A stretch of DNA of 64,000 bases. Source: Takakia lepidozioides. Taxonomy: Eukaryota; Plantae; Bryophyta. Below the pieces are notes generated by a model. That model saw only the letters and a list, made by a program, of their open reading frames with translations. It was not told the DNA's origin and did no database searches. Within the stretch, counting starts at the first letter, position 1, and the number at the start of each line of letters is the position of its first letter. The translations under genes were made by a program, and so were the position numbers. The stretch is taken from contig CM060734.1 of the NCBI GenBank assembly GCA_030704615.1, forward strand, positions 41,354,001 through 41,418,000, given 5' to 3'. Of the stretch, positions 26,744-37,668 are shown piece by piece.

Positions 26744-29700
26744 TCACCAGTAATCACCACAAGAACAAACCCCATCCTGGAAATGGTGAAAGCGGTTGGC
26801 ATCCCGTACAACAATTGCTCGGCCAACAATCTTCGAGATGAACTTGGTGGCCGTGTGGCAGTCACCACACACCCGAAGATTCTTGATGACACGGATATGG
26901 GTCCCAGGAACCGTGCTGATCAACCCAAAAGCAATGGCCAGCTTCTCACTGTGGTGGCCAAGAGAAAATTCCTTCTGCTCCTCCTCCAAGTCACGCAACA
27001 CAAAACGCATGTCAGGCATGTACCCAGCCTCCTTCATCTGCCCAGACAATCTGTTCAGCTCAGCGTGGATTTCCTCAATTTGTGGATGCAATTCGTCTTC
27101 TGCAACAAATTTATGCACCCGATTGTCCACCTCAATGCAGCTGCACCCTGGCTCCTTTCTGACTCCTCTGCCCTCCATCATTTTTCTCACCTTTGCAGTG
27201 TCATCCCACCTGCCAGCTGCAGCATAGATGTTTGAAAGCAGCACATAAGTGGCAGCGTGCTGTGGATCCCACTTGAGAACAGATTTTGCCGCACGTTCTG
27301 CCACCTCCACGAGGCCATAAATTCTGGAGGCACCAAGCAAGGCTCCCCACACGGAAGCAGATGGATCAATTGGCATACTGTTGATTAAGTCCTCTGCCTC
27401 CTCCAGTCGCCCTGCACGGCCAAGAAGGTCTACCATACAGCTAAAATGCTCTGCTGTTGGAGTGAGGCCATAATCTTGACTCATGGAATCAAAGTAGTGA
27501 CCACCTTCATGCACAAGGCCAACATGGCTACATGCAGAAAGGACACATACAAAGGTGACACCATCCGGCTTCAAGCCTTCCTGTTGCATTCGTTCAAATA
27601 GTTGCAGGGCCTCCCTACCACACCCATTCTGTGCATATCCTGCAATCATCACGGTCCATGAGACCACATCTCGCCTAGCCATATTGTCGAACACTTGAAG
27701 TGCATCCTTTATGCTCCCACATTTCGCATACATGGAAACAAGGGCAGTCTCCAGGATAGTACCTGCTGCAATTCCAGCTTTGATGATGTCAACATGGACC
27801 TCTTTGCCCTTTTCCAAAGCTGCCAGGCTGGCACAAGCACTGAGAATGCTACTGAGGGTGACCTCATTGGGTGTCACCCCTTCACATATCATTTGTTCAT
27901 AGGTCTCCAAAGCCTCACTACAACACCCCTGCTGAGTGTATCCTGCTATCATTGCATTCCATGAGACAACATTTCGTTCGGTCATAGTGTCAAACACTTG
28001 ACGCGCATCCTTCATGTTCCTGCATTTGGCATACATGTCAACAAGGGAAGTTTCCAGAATGATATCTGGTGCAATTCCAAATTTCATGACATCAGCATGT
28101 ACCTCCTTACCCTTTTCCAGGGCTGCCAGGCCGGCACATGCATTGAGAACACAAACGAACGTGATCTTGTCGGGCATCATCCCTTCCCGTATCATCTGCT
28201 GATACGTGTTTAAAGCCTCCCTACCACACCCATGCTGAGCATATCCTGCTATCATCGCATTCCATGAGACCACATTCGGCTTCAAGCCTTCCTCTTGCAT
28301 TTGTTCAAATAGTTGCAGGGCCTGCCTACTGCACCCATGCTGAGCATATCCTGCTATCATCGCACTCCACGAGATGACATCTCGGTTAGCCATATTGTCA
28401 AACACTCGATGTGCATCTTTCATGCTCCCACATTTGGCATACATGTTAACGAGGGTATTCTCCAGAATGATATCCAGCGCAATTCCAGCTTTCGCTATGT
28501 GAGCATGGACCTCTTTGCCCTTTTCCAGGGCTGCCAGGCTGGCACACGCATTCACAGCACAAATGAATGTGATCCTGTCAGGGGTCACCCCTTCCTGTAT
28601 CATCTGCTCATAGATCTCAAAAGCCTCCCCACCAAGACCATGCCGAGCATATCCTGCAATCATCGCACTCCACGAGACCACATTTCGTTGCACCATTTTG
28701 TCAAACACTTGACGGGCCTCCTTTACACCCTTACATTTGGCATACATATTGACGAGGGCAGTCTCTAGAATTACATCTGGCTGAATCCCAACTTCTATGA
28801 TGTCTGCATGGACCTGTTTGCCTTTATCCAGGGCTGCCAGGCTGGCACATGCATTGAGAAGACAAATAAATGTGACCTTGTCCGGCATCATCCCTTCCCG
28901 TCTCATCTGCTCATAGACCTCAAAAGCCTCCCTACCAAACCCATTCTGAGTAAATCCTGCAATCATCGCACTCCATGAGACCACACTTCGTTCAGCCATA
29001 TTGTCAAACACTTGCCGTGCATCCTTCATACTCCCACATTTTGCATACATACTGACAAGGGCAGTCTCCAGAATGATATCTGGCCGAATTCGAGCTTTGA
29101 TAATGTGACCATGGACTTCCCTGCCATATTCCAGAGCTGCCAGGCTGGCACACGCCTTGAGAATGCAAATGAATGCAACTCTGTCAGGCATCACCCCTTC
29201 ACGTACCCTCTGCTCATAGATTTCTAGGGCCTCCCCACCAGACCCATGCTTGGCATATCCTGTCATCATTATATTCCAAGTAAAAATATCTCGTTCAGGC
29301 ATTTTGTCAAACACTAGGCGAGCATCCACCATACTCCCACACTTGGCATGCATGTTGATGAGGGTATTGTGTAGAAAGATGTTCGGTTTGAATCCACTTC
29401 GGAAAATGTGGGTTTGCACCTGCTTTCCCTCTGCTAGGCCTTTAATCTTGATGCACTCCTGCAAGAGACACACACATGTATCGCAGTCTACTGACATGTC
29501 TCCTTGGTTCAAAATGTCCAAAGCCTCTTTAAGTCGCCCTGACTTACATAGCCCCCTCAAATCCCAACAAGTCCCAGAAGTATTCTTAGGGACTCCCTCT
29601 CTTGGTCCTCTTTCAAAGACAGTGGCCATGTTGGAGGTGCCTGCTTTAAATGGTGCTGCTGTTGCTTCAAGTTGACCTATCCATGCAGGCTTCTTGTAGC

Positions 29701-31695
29701 TATCAATCCACAGTGCCTCAATGGTATTCTTGAGCTCGAACTCTGGTTGTTTAGGATTGATCTGCACCCAGACTTCATCCCTGCCTCCTTCAGCTATCCG
29801 TGCAACCTGAATAAATCCCTCCCCGTGCCACACGGAGCAAAAACCACCCCCACTAGCCACTAGTTCCTCGCTGAATTGGTTGCTTATAAAAAGTTTGTCT
29901 GAGTGAAGATGATCACAAACATTGCTACTGTCTACCCATGTAGGACTAATCCCCACGGGATACTAGGACTCCAGGGTTGCCCGCCCTTTTTCAAGCTACC
30001 AGGGTATAAAGGCCAATATGTCCATACTGCTCAAATTAATGACAGGGGATTCAGTGTTGATTTAATGACTGGCAAAAGCATAATGCTCAATAGGACTATG
30101 TCAATAACGCCACTGCCACTGCAGGCCTCCACCTTGAATATGACACATGGCTGTGGGCAATACGAGTTGCACCTCACACCAAAGTAATAGTTACTGACCA
30201 TTGCCACACATCACCTCAAAGGATTAGAAAAGTTCCCCTCTCCAAGACAGATCCACCTGACAAGGCAACTTCCAGGCCATGAGGTAGTGTGCCTCTCGTT
30301 TCCACTAACCCCAACCAATAAATAAAAGAGAAAAACAAATTTTCACAAGAAAGGGCCAAATTACATGGAGATGATATTGTCAAGGCAAAGAGGATAACCG
30401 GTAAGGAACCTAAGAAAAGAGCCATCCTTAGCGACATGCCTGCGAGTAGTTTAATTGATGACAGCGGTTAAAGATGCCATTAGAATCAACCTCACAGTTA
30501 GACCTGATTCATTTCATTGAGAGTTAGGTGATGCTTACCCCTAGCTGCTTCCAGCTTCTCCATTTGAACACCTAGCCAAACAGGTTTCTTATAGCTGTCA
30601 AACGACAAGGCCACATCGGTACTCTTATGTTTGGAATCTAGTCCTCTTGGATGGATCTGCATTCACGCTCCATCCCTGCGGTATTCAACTACCCCTGTTT
30701 ACACAACCAACATGGAGAAATCATCCCGCTCATCGCAAGTAATGACGCAGGTAACCCATAATTTACATAGAGAAAACCACCCATCTGCCCGAGACTAGTT
30801 CCTATGCCAAATTGGTGGCAAGACTAGAACAAAGTGTGCAGAAGAGAGAATGAGAGAATATAGGTCCCTGCAAGCCTTGGCTACAGCATACACTTGCATG
30901 ACTAATCCTCTGCATATTAAACCTAGCTCCATCCAGCACCCATGATCCTCTAGACCTCTAGCTTGCAGGAGAGTGACAACTGTGAATGTGATTGACCAGT
31001 CACAGAAAATAGTGTTAAATTAGTGAACTGGCATGCCCTCCTACTAGAGCACGAGGTCCATCCAGAACTGCTCTACTAGCCCTCTAGATTGTAATGTATA
31101 TGGCACATCTGTGACGATGGGTGAACAACCAGTCCGAGTGTTGAGGAGAAAGGCCCAGCGATAAGAGAGAGAGTGGGCGCTATCCTTAATTAGAGGGAAA
31201 TTTTCTCAGAACATCCGGTTGTCTACTTCTGTACAAAACATAAAAGGCATTCACCTCGTCGCTTCGATTGTCCCACCATTGACTGGGTTTTGAAAAATTC
31301 TCATTGCAAAAATTCTCCAAGTCTACGTTTTGGCTTCTTGGACATTTTCCTTCGTTGGCAACTTCCTTGCTGAATCTGAGCAGGGTAGGTGGACCCTCAT
31401 TGTCCTCCACCTCCAAGTTGCCTCCTTGGTCATTCCCCTCTCGATAGACAGCTTTCTCCTCTACTGGTCTCAGCCCTGCAATTGGCTTGAAACCGTTTGG
31501 AACAAATGTCACTGCGGGGAGACTTGGAAAATGCAGAGGGGCGGCCAGAGTGTGCCGCCCACCCTTTCTTGAAGCTTCCATTCCAGAACCAGTCATGGAA
31601 GCAGCGTTGCCTGAGGTTAAACAAGTAGAGGATATGTCCCCCATGGGTGCAATCCGTAGTGCGGGCGAGGCCATGCTTGCTCCTTCTCCGGCCAT
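26744..31695 (-). CDS. PLS-class PPR protein with E1/E2/DYW deaminase (C-to-U editing factor) and an N-terminal PDF-like motif; two coding exons (31695-31255, 29761-26744)
   Basis: About 21 P/L/S motifs, PG box EPGCSCIE, intact HSEKLA...CGDCH...DYW. A phase-0 GT donor at 31254 and CAG acceptor at 29764-29762 join [10 protein letters not shown] to INPKQPEF in frame. The start codon is uncertain. Confidence 0.9.
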
Positions 31696-34600
31696 CAAGC
31701 AACCCAAATTCTGACAATCATTCTCAGTAAGGAAACAGGAGAACTGGTCAGCAGGAGAGGCTTGCTCATTACAGCACTATACTCTTCTGCTCCTCAAGAG
31801 CGCTTAACTCTGCTGCACCTCTTCTCTCCAAGCGCCCGAATGGCTTGCCCTCTAGGACAAACAGCGGGACATAGGCAAACCCTGCAACTTCATTGGCGTC
31901 ACGAGCAGACTGCTCAAAATTTGTTGCTGCAGCGTAAGACATCTATAGACCTGTCATTATGCTCACACGGGCAGTTTCTGTGCAGGGCAAATCCTAACCT
32001 TCTAATTTCTTTTCTTTCCTAAAAAGTTTCTTTATCTCTTAAGCTTTATCCTTTCTTTATTTTTTAGAGCGAGACCAAGCAGACCTGAAATTGTCTTACA
32101 TTGACTCAATGATTTCAAGTGAAGAGCATAGTCTCAGTTACGAAGAGCATCGTCTCAGTAGCTCAATGCTGCAAGAATTAGCAAGATCACAACTACAATA
32201 TTCTACTTCTTGAACTACATGTATTATTGCGATATACAAAGCTATTTAAAGCTATTAGACGGGGATTCCCCCTATACGTGCAACACAAGCAGCCTCGAGC
32301 CAAGCAGCCAGCCCTACACCTACAGGAACATGATCTTTTTGTATCTTAAGAGCAGGAAGCTTGACATTGGATGTGGTAGAAACAATCAGATTGGTGGTGA
32401 ACTTGCAAGAACTTTGCCATCTGTTAGAAGACTGACTGCCATAGAGGGATCCACGATTGTAAGAGTGATATTGCAATTGTGTAGATTATGAAATTGATGG
32501 TCAACTTGGGAGTGAGAATTAGATGTCTGGCCTGCAAACTTGTGAGCGAGCCTGTGAGTAGCTCCAGAACAACTTGTTCATCATGCTTCTTCATAAGATC
32601 CATCATGATAGATACACCAGTTTTGGAAGCCCAAAATTCAGCGTCAGGAAGATTATGATCAAGCTCAGCTTCTTGCTCCAATAAAACCTCATGATTATGA
32701 TTGATCATTGTCGCCTTCTCAGAAACCACAATCTCATTACCCGGAAGAATCTTATCAAATTTATTCTCAATCTACATGGGGTTCTTCTCAGAAATGCATG
32801 GGTTCTTCTCCGAAATGACCTCAGCCCCCTTGATATCAGATTCTTCCATAGCACGTCGTTTGGCCAATTCTTGATCCAAAGCATCTTGGTACATCAATGG
32901 TTTTCCATTTAAAGTTTCTCCAGAAATAATCCTTTGACAAGCACGATCAAGAGTAGTCTTATCGACCTGGTTGTATTTTGCATAGGACTTTGGGTCACGG
33001 TGACCAGTGATCCTCATTCACCACCTTTGGGGACTGTGTATGACTGGGACCCGATGGATCACTAGATTCCCACTCCGGGAGAAGGGTCCCCCGAAGTGAT
33101 GGACGGGCGCCGCCCCTAGGAGAGGTGGACCGAAGTTGTTTCGCACGGTTGGTCCGCACCTTCGCCGGCCTGATGACGGCACCGTACGTCATCGTGGTGC
33201 TAGGGAGCTATTCACGATGGGAGTCCAACCCCATTTCTAGCAATGTCTTGTGCCTTGTCCAGTTCCGATTCCCGAGGGTGAGCCCTTTCTTTTTTGGGGT
33301 CACATGTATTGCGTGATGGAGGCAATGGACCCTAGTATGGGTCGCGGACTTTTTTTGATGGAGGATGTAGTTTTGGGGGGAGGAGAGGATTCTGTGGATT
33401 TGTTCCCCTATTTTGGGCCGAGGTACACCCACCGGGAGTGGCAATTATTGCAGACACACGGCCTTGGGTCCTTGATCCATCCTTACATCCTTGTTGTGAA
33501 CAACAATGATGTAAGGGCGAGAATTTTGGGCTGCAAAGCCCATATTTATTGTGACGGAAACCTTCGTTGCGGACTTCTCTCTTTGAGGTACCCAGTCTCT
33601 GATTCGCGGATTGTTTCGTAGAAGGCGCCAGGATAGAAGGTGCATTTGGCGGGCAAATGAAGTCCCCAACAGCCCTGTATATGATGCTATCCGATGGTGG
33701 AACTCGTCATTCCTTGCCGTCGCCGAAATCATCGTGGAGCACAACAATACTTTCGACTACAACTCCGTTTGAATCCTTCCTTTCATCCTCCAAAAATACC
33801 GACCCCGGTTTCAGGTGGTATCGAACGCAGAGATATTTCTCCATCACCCAGCAGATGTCCCCTCTGCACGGAAATGTAGCTTTATGCTCGTGAGGAGGGT
33901 ATTACACTATAGCGCTCGGGTTTTCTGCCATGGGAGATGTGCACACAAGACTGTCAGGATGGCGTTCGGGCAAGCGCCCTGGGAGAAGGGGGATGCAGCG
34001 AGGGGAAGGAATGCAGGGCTGATTTTTCCGAGCGACGAAGCCTATTCATGAATCCGGGGAGCCCACTCTCCAAAAAATCCACTGTCAGAATGTTAATGAA
34101 CCTTGTCTCCGGAATGCGGCCCCTGGCCTTTGCGCAATAACTGCCAACGGTATTTAGTCAGAAGGTATATGACCAGTGCAGATGCGCTGCGCAAACCAAT
34201 AATTGTGGCGTCTGACAAGAAGCGTGGGGGGCAAGCGTGCAAGCACCTTCCCCATTGACAGAGGGAACTGACAAAGGTGGCATTCCAGTGGGTCTGATTG
34301 CAAGATTGAGTGCCAGACCCTCGCTGCCAAAAGTCAACATTCAACAATATGCAACATTGCACAAAAAGTGAAACTTTGGTTCAAATGAGACATTTTTATT
34401 AATAATGAACTGTGACAAGTATGCATGCCCTCACAAACCGAGGGAAGCCAAAAGTATGCATGCAATCCATGCTCAGGTAAGTTGGAGATTTGTTCCCGTG
34501 TTGCACTGTTCTCACCAAGAAGCTGGAACCTCGATTGGCCTCTCAACAAGCTCATGACTGACAGAGTGTCAATAGGTGAAGACAATGGATGCAGCCCGTT

Positions 34601-35159
34601 CGCCTTTAGTGTAGTGGACAACGGTGTTATGTCCTCCGATATATGCACCATCGTAAATCGAGACCTTTGCTGTGGAGACTCTATGTCCATAGGACTCATC
34701 CTCGTAGCTTATGAGAATGTCCCCATACACTGTTTGGGATGGAATCCTCTCTGGCATGTACGTACACCCGATGCAATCCTTGTAGGCCCACTGGCAGCAC
34801 CTCCAATGATGTAGTAAGGCCGTGCGGCTTTTGGGGATATTCCATGCAGGCGGATACTGCAGATCAACGATTCGCAGGCACCAAAGCCGCGCAAGCCCGT
34901 CCCCACGAAGCTGATCGTGGAAGCCAGGAAGGTACTCAAGAGCGGACAGGTGCTGCTTGTTTGGGCAGTTGCTGGGATACCGGCACGACATCGTCGACTA
35001 TTGAAAGGGCTGCCAGGAAGCAGACAGCGTGCAAAGGGAGGGGGGAGTGTGGGGAAGCTGAAGTGAGAGGAGCTCGGAGCGAGGAAGTGTTGTTGTTGAC
35101 TCGGTTTGAAACGCGTGGGTCACGAGAGAAGGTCGGGCAAGTGGCAAAGAAAAAGAGCA

Positions 35160-36505
35160 ACATTTAATATAACCGTATCCAGGAATGAGGGGCAGAATTT
35201 AATTCGACATGGCGTCAAATCGGAGGGTGATGGCCCCACGTGCCTGCCAGAGAATATCCCCCGGATGGAAAAACGGCGCCGAATTTCCATCCGCGGCCGG
35301 TCGGATGGAGTCGTCTCGGGGGGAGAGGCCGACACCTGGCCGACAGAGAACATCCCCCGGATGGAAAAACCGCACCGGATTTCCATCCAGGGCCGGTCGG
35401 ATGAAGTCGTCCCGGGGGGAGAGGCCGACACATGGCCGACAGATATCATCCCCCGGATGGAAAAACAACGCCGAATTTCCATCCTGCAGGTAAGCGGAGG
35501 CGCGGGCGGATGGGAAACCGGCGCCGAATTTCCATCTAGGAGGTAAGCGGGAGGGCGGCCGGATGGAAAACCGGCGCCGAATTTCCATCCTGCAGGAAAA
35601 TTCGGTCCACCTAATGGATGGATAACCGGCACCGAATTTGTCTATAGCGGACGACAATGGTGGGAATAACGTGCAAAAAAGTGTCCTGCAGGCAAAAAAC
35701 TCCAAGTTTAGTGTCTGGTTAGACCTAAAAAACGCGAAAAACTTGATGCAACGACTGAAAATTGTTGATGAAGGGTCGATACGGATGGATATTCGGCGCC
35801 TTTTTTCCATCCTGCAAATGATATCCGTCGACCTATCCCCCCGAGACGACCAGCCCCTGATGGAAATTTGGCGCCGTTTTTCCATCCGGGGGATGTTCTC
35901 TGTCGGCCTCTCCCCCCGAGACGACTTCATCCGACCGGCCTCGGATGGAAATTCGGCGCCGTTTTTTCCGTCCGGAGGATGATCTCTGTCGGCCATGTGT
36001 CGGCCTCTCCCCCGAGACGACTTCATCCGACCGGCCCCGGATGGAAATTCGGCGCCATTTTTCCATCCAGGGGATGATCTCTGTCGGCCATGTGTCGGCC
36101 TCTCCCCCTGAGACGACTTCATCTGAGCTGCCCCGGATGGAAATTCGGCGCCGTTTTTCCATCCGGGGGATGTTCTCTATCGGCTAGGTGTCGGCCTCTC
36201 CCCCTGAGACGACTTCATCCGGGCGGCCTCGGATGGATATTCGGCGCCGGTTTTCCATCCTGCAGCGCTCCGGTTTACCTGCAGGATGGAAATTTGTTGC
36301 TGATTTTCCATCCGACGGCTCCAGGATGAGAACGTCTCGGGTGGAGGGAGGGCCACGTTGCGTCCTACTTCATCCGCTGGATGGAAATTCGGCGCTGTTT
36401 TCTCCATCCAGCGGGCAAATGATGAATTCTCGAGGGGGGGCAGGTGGCGCTTGTGGCCGACCTCCATATCTATGACATTTAAGGGCGCGGTTGCACATTA
36501 AATGT
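35160..36505. repeat. Fold-back array: ~95-bp units in two inverted arms, each unit carrying a GGATGGAAA-N~14-TTTCCATCC hairpin
   Basis: Left arm ~35250-35630 and right arm ~35780-36430 are reverse complements around a ~150-bp unique spacer. The outer edges share an imperfect inverted ACATTTAAT...AACCG. Confidence 0.9.
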
Positions 36506-36904
36506 CCTCCACCGTCAATTTTGAATCGTTTGTTCCGCACGGATTTCGCGCTTCCTTCCCGGATACGCCTTCGACACCTGATGTGATGGGTGGATGAAGT
36601 TCCACTCGAGGCCTGTACGCACGCATTCTGTGGGTGATTTTTTCTTTTACTGGGACTTATGCCGCGTGGAGAAGGGCGTGGCTCTCCTGAGAGAAACCCC
36701 ACATCCAGACCGCGGCGCAAACTGAAGCTCCAGCAGGAGATCCCATTATCTTGCTCACAGCCCGCGCCACTTGAAGCCGAGCACTCTCAGGCAAGCCCCT
36801 TCCTCTTTCGCTTTGTGTAACATGTGCGGTCTTCTTCGCTTTGTTTTGTTTGTTTTGGCATCTTTAGCCTGACAGCCCTGGAAGTGCATGGTTGCATCGC
36901 AAAA

Positions 36905-37073
36905 GCACGAGTTGGTGAGAAGAGTGATGAAGGTCTGAGGGGTTAGAAAGGAGCCAAGTCGTTGCTGCATTGAGATTTGCAACAGGGTGCTCACCTTCGT
37001 TGTAGATGACAGGTTGCATTCCAGAATTAAGGAAATCCATGCTGAGCTGAGAAGATTGTCTGGGCAGATGAAG
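36905..37073 (+). pseudogene. Captured PPR E+/PG-box fragment inside the nested insert
   Basis: ELVRRVMKV*GVRKEPSRCCIEICNRVLTFVVDDRLHSRIKEIHAELRRLSGQMK aligns to [54 protein letters not shown] of the PPR gene in this window. Confidence 0.9.
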
Positions 37074-37668
37074 TGCCTTCAAAACATTTCACCGTGTTTT
37101 CCCGTCTCATCGAAATCGTCCTTAAATTTTCATGTTGATTTCTGCAAGTTACTGGTTGAGTGAACCTTTCATAGTTTGCAATGGGTGTGCAAAGCCGGCA
37201 GCTCTGGAGAAGGCTGCTTCTGCATGTGATTGTTAGGCATTGCTTGGGTTTGTTTTCATCGTTGTTCCATGCCACTCCATACTTGGTTTTGTTTTGTTTT
37301 CATTGTTGTTCCACGATTGTTGCGATGGTGGTTGCGATGGTGGTTCTCACGATTGTTGGGGATGACAGAGTGAAGACGAGCGCGACACGGTGGTGGTATC
37401 ATCGACAACTCCAACTGCTCGAGTAGTCACTCCAAAAGCCGCTAGTCATCAATCGCAGTCGGAGAGTCATCGGCAGCAGACGTCGGAGCTGGTGCTTTGC
37501 ATGTTTGGATCGCCCAACTTGGGGCGGGAGGGCAAACTAAATCTTGCTCCTTTTGTTGGTGGACGGGAGGACCTGCAGCAAGAGTACGATAGAATAGGCA
37601 TTCGGGAGGTTGGTGCAGGCGGCATGGCAGGTGAAGGGCGTCGGATGAGGACAACATGAGATCCGACA

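Noticed and set aside
26783-29675. Repeated plus-strand ORFs opposite the PPR gene
   Set aside because: Antisense shadows of PPR repeat periodicity.
29762-29956. First 65 codons of the listed 1070-aa PPR ORF as the true N-terminus
   Set aside because: A good acceptor at 29762 and restoration of the PDF-like motif by splicing indicate this stretch is intronic read-through.
32121-32160. 20-bp tandem duplication GAAGAGCATnGTCTCAGT as a possible Crypton terminus
   Set aside because: No matching copy was found at the other side of the element, so it cannot be supported as a terminus.
33021-33030. CACTA/EnSpm identity for the nested insert based on a 3-bp duplication
   Set aside because: No CACTA/CACTG termini or terminal inverted repeats at either border, and no transposase motif recognised.
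35250-36430. Palindromic repeats with regular spacing resembling a CRISPR array
   Set aside because: The sequences between hairpins are themselves repeated (no unique spacers), the arms are inverted, there are no cas genes, and the context is eukaryotic.
35106-36475. Many overlapping ORFs, up to 307 aa, in the repeat array
   Set aside because: By-products of GC-rich, stop-poor tandem repeats, open on both strands; no protein-like features.
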